From a bacterium (lineage in GTDB: Bacteria; Vulcanimicrobiota; JABDET01), in contig JAJYZB010000002.1 in assembly GCA_021800275.1 (NCBI GenBank), positions 70,997 to 134,996 of the forward strand: a DNA stretch of 64,000 bases, in the 5' to 3' direction. Below the pieces are notes generated by a model. The model searched no databases. It had not been told where the DNA came from and was given only the letters and a program-made list of their open reading frames with translations. Both the position numbers and the translations under genes were made by a program. Positions 1 through 10,201 of this stretch are shown in pieces (position 1 is the first letter of the stretch; every line of letters starts with the position of its first letter).

Positions 1-438
1 GAAAGTTATGATGAGGCTGCTGCTCAAGAATTTTTAAAACGAGGAGCACAATTAATTCTATTAGCTGGCTTTATGCGAATCCTCTCCACAAAATTTTTGT
101 CCTATTTTCCTGGAGCCGTGATCAATATCCATCCTGCTCTCCTGCCTGACAATCCCGAAGAAAATGAAATCATTCTCCCTGATGGAACCACTTCCAAAGT
201 ATTTAGAGGGAGCAGTGCAGTCAAACAAGCCCTAGAAGCAGGAACATCCTGGTCTGGCTGCACGATTCACCTAGTTACTGAAAAAGTTGACGCTGGACCT
301 GTTCTCATAAAAAAACCGATTAAAATCTACCCGGACGATACCATTTTTTCGCTGCATTCACGAATTCAAGAACAAGAACATATCCTTTTGCCTCTTGGAA
401 TTCAAGTGTGGATGAAGAAAAGGTTAACGATCTGTTAA
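1..438 (+). CDS. purN: Phosphoribosylglycinamide formyltransferase (PurN), C-terminal part; 5' end truncated by window edge
   Basis: Frame is open from position 1; translation contains the PurN-type 'INIHPALLP' and 'GCTIHLVTEKVDAGPVL' motifs; stop at 436-438. Confidence 0.8.
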   Translation, partial: ESYDEAAAQEFLKRGAQLILLAGFMRILSTKFLSYFPGAVINIHPALLPDNPEENEIILPDGTTSKVFRGSSAVKQALEAGTSWSGCTIHLVTEKVDAGPVLIKKPIKIYPDDTIFSLHSRIQEQEHILLPLGIQVWMKKRLTIC

Positions 439-525
439 TTCTCTGTAAATTCTTTCCTTTTCCTCTAGACAAAAGCTGTATTTGGAGGTAAAATAAAAAT
501 AAGAAATTTATATGGAGGTGTGCAA

Positions 526-882
526 ATGGCAATCAATCCGAGTTCATTAACAGGGAGTTATCTCCAAAACGATCCCGCTTACGGCGTTTTACAAGCCGCT
601 AAATCAGCCCAAACAGCCCATACAATTGGAAGCATTGGTGGATCCCTGGGGGGAGGAGCAATTGGAGCTCTTGTAGGAACAGCGGTGAGCCCAGGGGTAG
701 GGACACTGATTGGAGGTATGATAGGAGGTATGGCGGGAAATGCGGTAGGAAATGGAATCGCCAGCGCTGCGACCCAGCCAAAACTAAATCAAGCTTTCCA
801 AAATCAGACCAACACTTATCTTCAGCAGGATCAAACCATGCAGTCAAACGTTTTCGCTGCTATACAGTCTGGAGCCATCTAA
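526..882 (+). CDS. Small glycine-rich hypothetical protein (glycine-zipper-like GxxxG repeats)
   Basis: ORF 520-882; GGAGG at 514-518 sits 7 nt before the ATG at 526, so 526 is preferred over the GTG at 520; central 'GGSLGGGAIGALVGTAV...GGMIGGMAGNAVGNG' segment. Confidence 0.5.
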   Translation: MAINPSSLTGSYLQNDPAYGVLQAAKSAQTAHTIGSIGGSLGGGAIGALVGTAVSPGVGTLIGGMIGGMAGNAVGNGIASAATQPKLNQAFQNQTNTYLQQDQTMQSNVFAAIQSGAI

Positions 883-1006
883 TTTACCGCTGAAGATTTT
901 TAGAAAATAATACTTAAAAAAGCTAGGTCTTTTTAGAAAAAATAGAAAGACCTGATTTTTTTATGGTAAAAGAGTAAAATCCAAAATCTTGTAGAATAAC
1001 TCTTTT

Positions 1007-2224
1007 ATGTCATTATTTGAAAGTTTTTCATTAGTTGCAGATGAAATCCGACATGGAAAAGTGGAAGACCAAACTTTTTCTAACCACCTCAACATCCTGG
1101 AATCGGACTGCCTGCAGACAGAAAAACAAATTCAAGAATGGGCAGACCCTGAATTTGAAGAAGAACTCATCAGGCTGAAATCATCTTTTTCACAACTAAA
1201 GGATGGTATTTCTGAACTAAAAAGTTACTTTCAAAACCGCCGCGAAGAGAAGATAGAGAAAGGGCTTGCTCTTCTTGAATCCGCATTTGGAGAGATCTCA
1301 AGTGGAATAAATAACTTTTTCCTCCAAAAAGCAGCCAAATCCCCCTCTAAAGATGGTCCACTCAACATTTTAATTCATGCTGCTCCTGGTCTAGAACAGG
1401 GGGTTGGAGAGGCTTTTTTCGGAAACATGCTTCCACTTTTTGAACGGCACTTTAAAGGAATCAGGCGCAATTTTCGTCATATCCTCCAAATTTGTGAAAT
1501 GAACTCCCACTTGCAAGAAGCAGAAGAATCAACTCTCCCTGATATTCAAACAGCCTCCCATGCTCTTCAACAAATCCAAGAATCTTTTAAAAGAAAGAGT
1601 TACGCAGAAATTCAAGAGAATTTAAAAATCCTTGTAAAATTCATTGAACAGTATAATGAATTTTGCAAGAAAATTTTAGATGTCATCGCAAAGAAAGAAG
1701 AAAAAATATGTCCTAGGTGTGGAACTCACAATCCAGGAGAGACTAAAACCTGTGTTTACTGCAGCTTTGTTTTCCCGTTTCAAGATGATCGACCAACTTT
1801 CGCTGCCAATCTAGATGTAAAAGAAGGGGAAGCTCCTTTGGGTGAACCGATTTTATCTAGAAACCTAGCAAAAATTTACCGAGATTTAGGAAAAATCCAC
1901 AACATGGCAGAAGATTATCAAGATGGAGAAGTCAGCAAACAAGATTTAACCGCAGCCATAGAACAAGCAAAAGAAAAAACAGTCAATATCCTGAATCGTC
2001 TTTCTTCAGAAAAAGAAAAATTAGGAACACCTTCTTCTAAGAATGAAGAAAATATTAAATTAATAGAAACTGAACAAGAGGGATTCCAATTAATTTTAGA
2101 AGGGCTGCACACAACCCAAACCTGGATAGAATCAAAAAAAACAGAAGATTATTGGAATGGCTTCAAACAAGGTTTTTCAGGAATGGTGAGGCTGCAGGAA
2201 ACAAAATCACTCCAACATTCCTAA
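1007..2224 (+). CDS. Hypothetical coiled-coil protein with a CPRC...CVYC zinc-ribbon
   Basis: 405 aa ORF, E/K/Q-rich; 'CPRCGTHNPGETKTCVYCSF' four-cysteine motif; no family recognised. Confidence 0.5.
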   Translation: MSLFESFSLVADEIRHGKVEDQTFSNHLNILESDCLQTEKQIQEWADPEFEEELIRLKSSFSQLKDGISELKSYFQNRREEKIEKGLALLESAFGEISSGINNFFLQKAAKSPSKDGPLNILIHAAPGLEQGVGEAFFGNMLPLFERHFKGIRRNFRHILQICEMNSHLQEAEESTLPDIQTASHALQQIQESFKRKSYAEIQENLKILVKFIEQYNEFCKKILDVIAKKEEKICPRCGTHNPGETKTCVYCSFVFPFQDDRPTFAANLDVKEGEAPLGEPILSRNLAKIYRDLGKIHNMAEDYQDGEVSKQDLTAAIEQAKEKTVNILNRLSSEKEKLGTPSSKNEENIKLIETEQEGFQLILEGLHTTQTWIESKKTEDYWNGFKQGFSGMVRLQETKSLQHS

Positions 2225-2399
2225 AAAAATCTTTAAAAATCTTTAAAAAAGCCCTTTTTCTAGAAGGAATCTTAATTTATCAAGGCAAATTTGCCATAAA
2301 GCAAGCATATTTTACAAAGTGAAAGGAGGGTAGAGGGTTACAACGCTAGCTTGCATCAATCCCCAAAGGGGAAGAAATTAATAAAAGGGAGAGTGACTT

Positions 2400-2705
2400 A
2401 TGGCTTCAGGAAACAACAAAACAATGACAAAAAGCAGAATCATTTCGCACTTAGCGGAAAAAGTGGAAACCACAAAAAAACAGGTAACTGAACTTTTAGA
2501 AGAACTTGTTTCTCTGGCTATCAAAGAGACCAAGAATAATGGACAATTTGTGGTCCCTGGAATCGGCAAATTGGTGAAAGCGAATCGAAAAGCCAGAACG
2601 GGAAGAAATCCACAAACTGGGGAAGCGATTAAAATTCCCGCCAAGACCGTTGTAAAATTCCGAGTTGCGAAAGCTTGCAAAGAAGCAATTGTGCCAAAGA
2701 GATAA
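2400..2705 (+). CDS. hup: HU/IHF-family nucleoid-associated DNA-binding protein
   Basis: 101 aa; HU-like 'TKKQVTELLEEL...FVVPGIGKL...ARTGRNPQTGEAIKIPAKTVVKFR' arm; AGGGAGAG upstream of the ATG. Confidence 0.85.
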   Translation: MASGNNKTMTKSRIISHLAEKVETTKKQVTELLEELVSLAIKETKNNGQFVVPGIGKLVKANRKARTGRNPQTGEAIKIPAKTVVKFRVAKACKEAIVPKR

Positions 2706-2747
2706 GATAAAGCAGATTACTGCTTCTGCGTAACTGCATCACGATTG

Positions 2748-2783
2748 AAAGAGGGTTGTATGAAACAGCCCTCTTTCTTTTAT
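2748..2783. terminator. Candidate bidirectional intrinsic terminator between convergent genes
   Basis: 8 bp stem aaagaggg (2748-2755) pairs with ccctcttt (2769-2776), 13 nt loop, followed by a T-rich tract; lies between the HU gene (+) and the 2780-4318 gene (-). Confidence 0.45.
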
Positions 2784-4318
2784 ATTGAACGATAAAGATT
2801 TTCTCCAGAGATTCCTAGCAAAGAGTACATCTGAACAAAAGCGGACTGATCCAAATAATCAGGTACAGTTCCTCCATAATGCCCAATTCCCCCCTGATCC
2901 AATAACCCTGTTTTAGGATCCCTGGCATTATTCCAAGCTGACTGCAGATAACTCTTCAGCAGAACCCTTCCAGCCATTGAATTAGACTGAGCTTGCTCCA
3001 CTAAAGGAGAAGCAGCAGGAACCTTACCTCCTCCCTGGCTTGCAGCATCTCCAAGACTGAGCAAATTCCTGAAATAAATGGCATTAAAAGCTGGAGGCTG
3101 TTTCCAGAGACGGGTTTCACCTGCAGAATTGTGTGATTCTGCCGGCTGGCTCAGCTCTTTCATAGAAGCTATAGCAGTCTGATTAGCCAGAGCAAGATAA
3201 TGATTGGCAAGAGCCAGGTCTCCTGAATTCTCTCCAGGATTCTCCTGATACATTTGATAATAAGCTTTTGCCAGCAGAGCATTGGCTCCTAAAGTAACCC
3301 CTTGATTATAACTGTAAATCGCTTTCGCTGATTGATCTGAACCTTGATGATCCTGGTAAAGCCCTTGAGGAGTCCTGAGATGCGTATTCAAATAATCCAT
3401 GTTTTTCTGGGCAAATTGAAGATACTCTTGACGCCCAGCAGCAAAATAAAGCTCCATCGCAAACTCTGATGAGGCTCCAGTAGCAATCGTATTAATCCCC
3501 TGACTTTTCGTTCCATCCAGTTCTCTCCAGTGCATTCCACCTGTTTCAGCCTGCCCAGTTCGAATAAACTGATAAAGCTGCTCAGCTTGTGTTAAATACT
3601 GCTGTTCATGAGTTTGAGAGTAAGCCTGCATTAAATCAAGCCCAATCCAGGAATTGTCATCATAATAAAAATATTCATCTTGTCTTGGAATTCCTAATAA
3701 ACCCGTTGGTCCGCTGGGACTGTAAGCAGAAACTGTATGCTCATTTCCATTTGGACCTTTGACTTGAATGCCGCTGATTTGATAAAATCTTAAAGAATCC
3801 AAAAGGGCTTTTGAGTCAATACAACTCCCATTCAATGCCGACAAATCCAAAGCTCCTGCAGTCCCTTGAGACTGAGGCCAGGCTCCCGCAAATTTAGAGC
3901 CAAATCCTAAAAATTGTTCAATACTTCCTGCAGTGGAACTGTTGGGTTGAAGGGTATTCTTAAACAATCCGCTTGAAGTCTCAGAAAATGGTTTTAAAGC
4001 ATCCCAGCTTTTCTCTGCAGCAGCGCTTGGATTCTGAACAGCCTGTTCACCTGTTATGAGCTGGGCTTTTGCCTCTTCGCTGAAACTGACTTTATCCCCA
4101 GGGATTACAGAAGAACTTGTATCAGTTAAATCATGATAGGCATGATCCACAACATGAGTTACATAACTTTCCCCATAATGCGCTCCCTCTTCTACCCAAT
4201 GAGGCAAATTTCCCGCCCCTCCTAATGCTGAAGCTGAAATGGCTGAGGCTGCAAGAGCTGCCCCAAACAAACGCTTTGTCTTATCAAATCTAGTATGAGA
4301 TCTGGAATGAATTCTCAT
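2780..4318 (-). CDS. Secreted (alpha/alpha)6 glycoside-hydrolase-like protein, possibly GH76-like
   Basis: ORF 2780-4342; ATG at 4318 gives an N-terminus 'MRIHSRSHTRFDKTKRLFGAALAASAISASA' that looks like a signal peptide; 'YFYYDDNSWIGLD' and 'GGMHW' resemble GH76 motifs; family call is from memory. Confidence 0.4.
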   Translation of the reverse strand: MRIHSRSHTRFDKTKRLFGAALAASAISASALGGAGNLPHWVEEGAHYGESYVTHVVDHAYHDLTDTSSSVIPGDKVSFSEEAKAQLITGEQAVQNPSAAAEKSWDALKPFSETSSGLFKNTLQPNSSTAGSIEQFLGFGSKFAGAWPQSQGTAGALDLSALNGSCIDSKALLDSLRFYQISGIQVKGPNGNEHTVSAYSPSGPTGLLGIPRQDEYFYYDDNSWIGLDLMQAYSQTHEQQYLTQAEQLYQFIRTGQAETGGMHWRELDGTKSQGINTIATGASSEFAMELYFAAGRQEYLQFAQKNMDYLNTHLRTPQGLYQDHQGSDQSAKAIYSYNQGVTLGANALLAKAYYQMYQENPGENSGDLALANHYLALANQTAIASMKELSQPAESHNSAGETRLWKQPPAFNAIYFRNLLSLGDAASQGGGKVPAASPLVEQAQSNSMAGRVLLKSYLQSAWNNARDPKTGLLDQGGIGHYGGTVPDYLDQSAFVQMYSLLGISGENLYRSI

Positions 4319-4420
4319 TATTTTCTCTTTATAAGATAACACAAAAGTAAAAGCATTTACATTAACAAAACGTTAAATGTAGTTCATTAAAATAACAGAA
4401 GAAACATTGCGCTCAAGGAA

Positions 4421-6379
4421 CTAAAAACTTTTTTCTATGGCTTCTAAAGCTCCCAGACTTTCAAGTCCTGACAAATCCCCTAAATCATTCAACCTCAGAT
4501 ATTTAGCACGGATGACCCGCCTCATGACTTTCCCGTTTCGAGTTTTCGGAATCTCTCTCACAAAGCGAATTAGCTGCGGAGCAACCGCTTTACCTAGAAC
4601 TTTTTCCCCTGTTTTTCGAAGTTCTTCTCTGAGCTTTTCATCAGGATCTGTATTAGGTTTTAAAACCACAAAACAAACAATAGATTCCCCTTTCAACTCA
4701 TCAGGAATTCCGATGGCTGCTGCTTCTGAAACAGCAGGATGAGCTGTAAAAGCAGATTCTACCTCAGCGGGTCCAATCCGTTTTCCCGCCACTTTAATGG
4801 TATCATCAGAACGCCCTTCAATGAACCAGAACCCCTCTTCATCTTTTTTCACCCAATCTCCATGGACCCAAACATCAGAAAAACGAGACCAGTAAGTCTC
4901 TTCATAGCGTTTCGGATCTTTCCAGAATCCTCGCGTCATTCCAACCCAGGGTTTTCGAATCACCAGCTCTCCTACTTCCCCCTCTATAGATTCCCCTTTT
5001 TCATTCACGACATCTGCAGCGATTCCAAGGGTTGGTCCCGCGAAAGAGCAGGGTTTCAAAGACTGCAAAAAACTGCAGGCTAAAATCCCGCCCGAAATTT
5101 CAGTTCCTCCTGAGTAATTGATTATGGGAATTTTTTTCTTGCCGATTTCTTCAAAATACCAATTCCAGGCTTCTAGATTCCATGGCTCACCCGTTGATCC
5201 TAAAACACGAAGAGAAGATAAATCACGTTTTCGAACTCCATCTAAAGAGTATTTCATAAAAGCCCTGATTACGGTTGGAGACAGTCCGAGCATAGTAATT
5301 CCATAAGATTCAATGAGATTCCACAAACGATCCGGTTCAGGATAATCAGGAGCTCCATCATAAATAAAAAAAGTGCTTCCCACAGTTAATGTACCAGCAA
5401 CTTCCCAGGGTCCCATCATCCATCCCATATCACTGAACCAGAAAAGGATATCCTCAGGTTTTAAATCAAAATGATAGGCTAAATCCATTGCCGCTTTAAA
5501 AGGAAAGCCGCAGTGCACATGAACTGTCCCTTTCGGTTTTCCTGTTGTTCCAGAAGTATAGATAATCATGTAAGGATCTTCAGGATCCATGATTTCTGTT
5601 TCACAGTGAAAAGAAAAACGATTTAAAAATTCTCCCCAATCCAAATCTCTTGCCTCATCCCAGGGGATTTCATCTCCAATTCGGCGGTGGACAAGACAGT
5701 GTTTAACCGTTGGAGAAAGCGCTAGAGCTTCATCCGCTGTTTCTTTCATGGAAATTTTTTTTCCACGGCGGTAAAAACCATCTGAAGTCATTAAAAGTTT
5801 AGCTTCACAGTCATTTAATCTGGAAGCAATAGCCTGAGCCCCATAGCCTGAAAAAAGAGGAACAAAAATAGCTCCAATTTTAGAAGCAGCAAGAGTAGAA
5901 ATCACACATTCAGGGGTCATCGGCATAAAAATCCCAATCCGATCCCCTTTTTTAATCCCAAGAGCCTTTAAACCATTTGCCAATTGAGAGACTGCTCTGT
6001 TGAGGTCATAATAAGAAAGTTTTTGACTTTTTCCTTCTTCCCCTTCCCAAACTACTGCCAACTGATTTCTCCGAGTACTTTGGATATGCCGATCAATAGC
6101 ATTTCGAATTAAATTCATCTTTCCCCCAGAAAACCACTTTGCCCACTTCCAGTCAGCTGCAGGGATATCTAAAACTTTCTGATAAGACTGATACCATTCC
6201 AGATTTAAATCCTTAACAAAAGCATCCCAAAACCAGGAAACATCCTGGACTGTTTTTCGATAGAGAGATTCATAAGAATCAAATCCATGTTTTCTCAAAA
6301 ACGCATACAGACGACTGGAGCAAGTTTGATCTTCAGTGGGCTTCCAAGCGATCTGATCCAAAGTGTTCCACCTCACCAT
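4421..6379 (-). CDS. AMP-forming acyl-CoA synthetase (acetyl-/acetoacetyl-CoA synthetase family)
   Basis: 652 aa; 'YTSGTTGKPKG' adenylation P-loop; N-terminal 'WFSGGKMNLIRNAIDRH' typical of Acs/AacS. Confidence 0.75.
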   Translation of the reverse strand: MVRWNTLDQIAWKPTEDQTCSSRLYAFLRKHGFDSYESLYRKTVQDVSWFWDAFVKDLNLEWYQSYQKVLDIPAADWKWAKWFSGGKMNLIRNAIDRHIQSTRRNQLAVVWEGEEGKSQKLSYYDLNRAVSQLANGLKALGIKKGDRIGIFMPMTPECVISTLAASKIGAIFVPLFSGYGAQAIASRLNDCEAKLLMTSDGFYRRGKKISMKETADEALALSPTVKHCLVHRRIGDEIPWDEARDLDWGEFLNRFSFHCETEIMDPEDPYMIIYTSGTTGKPKGTVHVHCGFPFKAAMDLAYHFDLKPEDILFWFSDMGWMMGPWEVAGTLTVGSTFFIYDGAPDYPEPDRLWNLIESYGITMLGLSPTVIRAFMKYSLDGVRKRDLSSLRVLGSTGEPWNLEAWNWYFEEIGKKKIPIINYSGGTEISGGILACSFLQSLKPCSFAGPTLGIAADVVNEKGESIEGEVGELVIRKPWVGMTRGFWKDPKRYEETYWSRFSDVWVHGDWVKKDEEGFWFIEGRSDDTIKVAGKRIGPAEVESAFTAHPAVSEAAAIGIPDELKGESIVCFVVLKPNTDPDEKLREELRKTGEKVLGKAVAPQLIRFVREIPKTRNGKVMRRVIRAKYLRLNDLGDLSGLESLGALEAIEKSF

Positions 6380-6474
6380 ACTATCTGTTGAATTGTTTTA
6401 TACTGAATTCTGCACTGCAAGGATGACTGCTGAAGATTTTCCAGACGAATCAAATTCCAAAACATTCGATCGGG

Positions 6475-7563
6475 CTAACTGCTGACAGGAGTTAATACAG
6501 GAAGTCCTGCTTTTAAAACGCTCAATCTTCCTGCCATCTTACCCGCCACTTCTCTGAATGCACGAGAAGCAGGAAGGGCTGGATCAAAAACAACAACAGG
6601 TTTACCTTCATCCCCTGATTCTCTGACTAAAGGATGAAGAGGGATTTTCCCTAAGAATGGAACCCCATTTTCTCGGGAAGCCATCTCCCCGCCTCCATTT
6701 CCAAAAATCTCTTCTTTATGATGGCAGGATGGACATTCATAATAACTCATGTTTTCAACAACTCCTATGATCGGGGCTTTTAGTTTTCCAAACATGCTGA
6801 TCGCTTTTGCGGCAATTCGAGTGGCTGCTTCTTGGGGAGTTGTAACAACCACGACTCCTGACAAAGGAATCAATTGAGCAACAGTTAAAGCCGCATCCCC
6901 TGTGCCAGGAGGGAGATCAATCAATAAATAATCTAAATCCCCCCATTCTACAGCTCCCACAAATTCATGCACCATTTTTGCAACCATGGGGCCTCTCCAA
7001 ACGACTGCTTCTCCTTTAGGAAGGATCAATCCCATGCTCATAACTTTACACCCATACTGAAGGAGAGGAGCTAATCTTCCATTATGAACCTGTGGAGTCT
7101 GTTCCGAGATATTCATCATAAAAGGAATTGTAGGTCCATAGATGTCAGCATCCAAAATGCCTACTTTTGCTCCTTCTTGCACTAAAGCCACTGCCAAATT
7201 AGAAGCAACTGTTGATTTCCCCACCCCTCCTTTACCACTGGCAACTGCAATTGAGTACTTAACCCCTGGAAGAATCTCTTCCTTTCCAGAAATTTGAAAA
7301 GGAATCTTTTTCGCCATGTTCGAAGAAAGATTCACAACAACTTCTTTTGCTCCTGTTTTTAATACTGCTTGACGAACTGCTTCCTGAAACTCCCCTTTGA
7401 TAGGACAAGCTGGAGTCGTCAGTTCAAGAGTTAAACTGACAGCCCCATCCTCATTTACTTTTAAATCTTTAATCATATTTAAACTCACAACGTCACGTCC
7501 AAGCTCAGGATCTTTGACTGACTTTAATGATTCGAGAACAACTTCAGAACTTAATTTTGACAT
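6475..7563 (-). CDS. apbC: Mrp/NBP35-family Fe-S cluster carrier ATPase (ApbC) with N-terminal MIP18/DUF59-like domain
   Basis: 'GKGGVGKST' deviant Walker A, CPxC-containing C-terminus; ATG at 7563 with AGGTG upstream preferred over the GTG at 7575. Confidence 0.85.
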   Translation of the reverse strand: MSKLSSEVVLESLKSVKDPELGRDVVSLNMIKDLKVNEDGAVSLTLELTTPACPIKGEFQEAVRQAVLKTGAKEVVVNLSSNMAKKIPFQISGKEEILPGVKYSIAVASGKGGVGKSTVASNLAVALVQEGAKVGILDADIYGPTIPFMMNISEQTPQVHNGRLAPLLQYGCKVMSMGLILPKGEAVVWRGPMVAKMVHEFVGAVEWGDLDYLLIDLPPGTGDAALTVAQLIPLSGVVVVTTPQEAATRIAAKAISMFGKLKAPIIGVVENMSYYECPSCHHKEEIFGNGGGEMASRENGVPFLGKIPLHPLVRESGDEGKPVVVFDPALPASRAFREVAGKMAGRLSVLKAGLPVLTPVSS

Positions 7564-7756
7564 TCTTATTTTCACCTGCCTCAGAAATTATTACCCAAAA
7601 GTCAGATTTATCCCTGCGTAAATTTAAACAGGCAATTGTAAAAATTTTGTAATCCATAAGTTAAATCTTGGTAAACTCCCTAGACAGTCTTTAATTTCTG
7701 CGTGATAACAACGTCATTCGAGGAGTGTAATCATTAACCATTTCCGCTACAAGGCA

Positions 7757-9019
7757 ATGGACTGGCAGGATCGGGTCATAGATGGTATTATCCAAGCCCA
7801 GACCCTTGAACAGGCTTATCGAAATTTAGACAAAAAATTCCCTACCATTATTAAAGTAATACAGATCGCTCCCGAAGATCTTCCTGAAAATCCAGCTTCC
7901 ACGCAGCTTAAAAAAGTTTATTGGAAGCTGCCTGTTATTTCTGAACTTCTGTTCTCCAAACAGCGAAATCAAATTTGGAAAGGGAAAATTTCAACTGAAA
8001 ATTCAGCTCTTGCTGCAAAGCAGCTGTGGATCTTGCTGCATGCAGGATTTCCTGTGACTAAAGGATTAACTTTAATTGAACAAACTTCTGAGCCGCACCT
8101 TGGTTCAATCATAAAAGACATTCATCAAAACATCAAAAATGGGATTTCTTTTTCACAAGCAGTGGCAAAACATCCCAATCTTTTCCCACCTGTATGTCTG
8201 GCTATTATTCGCAGTGGAGAAACTTCGGGAAAATTAGAATACTGTTTCCAAGAGATTTCTGAACTTCTGGAAAAACAATTTGTTTTAAAGAAAAAGATTT
8301 GGGCGGCTCTGAGTTACCCTTTCACACTGACAGTGGTCAGTTCATTGATTTTATTCTTTTTTTTGGGGTATCTGCTGCCATCAGGAATGGCAGTTTATCA
8401 AAATTATCATTTTCAGCTGCCTCTTGCTACCAAATGCCTGCTAATCGTCATTTCTATCTTCCATTCCCAGCTTTTTAAAATCGCCATTTCAGCAGGAGCT
8501 GCTGTTTTTATTTTCCTGTATTTTTTCTTGTTTGGAACCGACATTTTTAAGAAAAAAATAGATCTGTGGCTTTTAAAAATTCCCGGGGTCAAAGATCTGA
8601 CTCTAAAAATCTGCATTCATCGTTCTCTATTCACTCTGGCATTTTTGATTGAAAATGGAATCTCAATTACGGAATCCTGCAATCTGGCAGCCGATGTCTC
8701 CGGAAACGCAATTTTTAGTAATAAATTTAAAACTATTGGCGAGCACATGAAAAAAGGGGAAGGAGTTCATGAATCATTTCGTTCCACTGACTTATTTACA
8801 AAACTAGCGCTGGATCTCATTGGAACAGGCGAATCTTCCGGAAAACTTCCTGAACTCTTAAAAAAAGCTTCTCAAATTTATGCACAGGAAGTGGATACTA
8901 AATTAGACACCCTGGTCAAACTCCTTGAACCCTGTTTTCTAGTAGGACTGTCTGGAATCGTTTTATTGATCGCTATTTCAGCTTTTATGCCAATGCTGAC
9001 CTTATCGCAGCATCTATGA
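7757..9019 (+). CDS. Type II secretion / type IV pilus inner-membrane platform protein (GspF/PilC family)
   Basis: 420 aa, two GspF-like repeats ('SGETSGKLEYCFQEISELLE', 'GTGESSGKLPELLKKASQIY') and TM segments. Confidence 0.8.
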   Translation: MDWQDRVIDGIIQAQTLEQAYRNLDKKFPTIIKVIQIAPEDLPENPASTQLKKVYWKLPVISELLFSKQRNQIWKGKISTENSALAAKQLWILLHAGFPVTKGLTLIEQTSEPHLGSIIKDIHQNIKNGISFSQAVAKHPNLFPPVCLAIIRSGETSGKLEYCFQEISELLEKQFVLKKKIWAALSYPFTLTVVSSLILFFFLGYLLPSGMAVYQNYHFQLPLATKCLLIVISIFHSQLFKIAISAGAAVFIFLYFFLFGTDIFKKKIDLWLLKIPGVKDLTLKICIHRSLFTLAFLIENGISITESCNLAADVSGNAIFSNKFKTIGEHMKKGEGVHESFRSTDLFTKLALDLIGTGESSGKLPELLKKASQIYAQEVDTKLDTLVKLLEPCFLVGLSGIVLLIAISAFMPMLTLSQHL

Positions 9020-9072
9020 AAGGACAAAGGCGATATGCAGATACTCATTCTCAACAAAACAGAGGAATACCG

Positions 9073-9528
9073 ATGAAAAAAAAAGGATTTTCTCTTTTAG
9101 AAGTAATGACTGCTCTCCTGGTCATCACGATTGGAATTCTTGGCGTAGCTTCTGTGTATATCTGGACATTGACAGGAGCAGAACATGGAACCCAGGTAGG
9201 AGCTGCTCTCCAAACAGCACAAGCGTTAATTGGACTAATCAAATCAGAGAACCAGGTTCCTTTTGGAAGCCCCTCCCTTCAAGTTGATGACTCATATCAA
9301 GACAATTCAGGCTTGTTTGATGCCTCTGGAGTTCAAAGACCCTTAAATTATAAACCTTTTGCCAGCAATTTTCCCGCCCATTCACCTTTTACAAGAAATA
9401 TCCATATTTCTCTTTTAGGAGAGGAATCATATCAACAAAATATTGCTGTTATTCAGGTTAAAGTTTTTTGGAAAGAAAAAGGAGCGGAAAAAGATGTTTC
9501 TTTTGTCGCCTATCAAAGGCAGCCGTAA
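9073..9528 (+). CDS. Prepilin-type N-terminal cleavage/methylation-domain protein (minor pseudopilin, GspH/PilV-like)
   Basis: ATG at 9073 after AGAGGA; N-terminus 'MKKKGFSLLEVMTALLVITIGILG' is a class III signal-peptide motif. Confidence 0.75.
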   Translation: MKKKGFSLLEVMTALLVITIGILGVASVYIWTLTGAEHGTQVGAALQTAQALIGLIKSENQVPFGSPSLQVDDSYQDNSGLFDASGVQRPLNYKPFASNFPAHSPFTRNIHISLLGEESYQQNIAVIQVKVFWKEKGAEKDVSFVAYQRQP

Positions 9529-10201
9529 GAACAAGTCCTCTGTCAGGCATGCCAATGCTATCCTGCACAGGTCCGGGTTTACCCTTTTCGAACTTTTGAC
9601 TGCTGCTGTGATTTCTGCTTTTATGACAGGAATTGTTCTTTTAATTTACACTGCCTTAAGAAATGCTTACTGGCAGGGAACAAACGTGATAGGAGCTCAG
9701 GAAGGTGCAAAAATCGCGATGATGCAGATTAAAGAAGTTCTAGGAAATGCCTGTCCTCCCAGCCCTATTCAAGATGCTCTTGTATCCCCTTCCATTGGAG
9801 GAAACAGTTCAGAAGTGGAATTTTGGGAACCCTGCGGCGGGCTCAGTCACCCTTTGAATCCAAACAGCCCTCTTTATACCCAATGCAGTCGAGAACTTCA
9901 GAATGCCGGCGTCAAACTGAAAGGGGGAGGATTGTTTTTTAATCCTCAAAACCCTTTCTATACAGAGATGGTTTTATCGCTCTTAAAAAATCAAGTTGTC
10001 TTATACAACGTGCAGGAAAATTTAACGCTTTACCAGCCTGAACAAACTGCGAACTTTATTACTAATGTCAATTTTGACAGACTTGAAGAAAACGCATTAG
10101 AAGTGACCATTACAAAACAAGAGGTGAGCAAAAATGCAGCAGGACAGAATAAAATTATTACCTCTCAGGCAGAGCAAATCATCTTCTTTCCACAAAAGTA
10201 A
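9494..10201 (+). CDS. Prepilin-type pseudopilin (GspJ/PilW-like), unusually long leader
   Basis: 'GFTLFELLTAAVISAFMTGIVLL' prepilin motif; ATG at 9494 with GGAG 10 nt upstream; start uncertain (ORF track opens at 9443). Confidence 0.6.
   Translation: MFLLSPIKGSRKNKSSVRHANAILHRSGFTLFELLTAAVISAFMTGIVLLIYTALRNAYWQGTNVIGAQEGAKIAMMQIKEVLGNACPPSPIQDALVSPSIGGNSSEVEFWEPCGGLSHPLNPNSPLYTQCSRELQNAGVKLKGGGLFFNPQNPFYTEMVLSLLKNQVVLYNVQENLTLYQPEQTANFITNVNFDRLEENALEVTITKQEVSKNAAGQNKIITSQAEQIIFFPQK

Noticed and set aside
320-2112. Short antisense ORFs (320-532, 599-847, 1918-2112) overlapping purN, the glycine-rich gene and the zinc-ribbon gene
   Set aside because: They lie entirely within and opposite to better-supported genes, have no RBS or recognisable domain, and are typical spurious frames.
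2231-2250. Tandem 10-mer (AAATCTTTAA x2) just after the stop of the 1007-2224 gene
   Set aside because: Only two copies, no flanking array structure or spacers; too short for a CRISPR or a meaningful microsatellite. It may contribute to a weak terminator.
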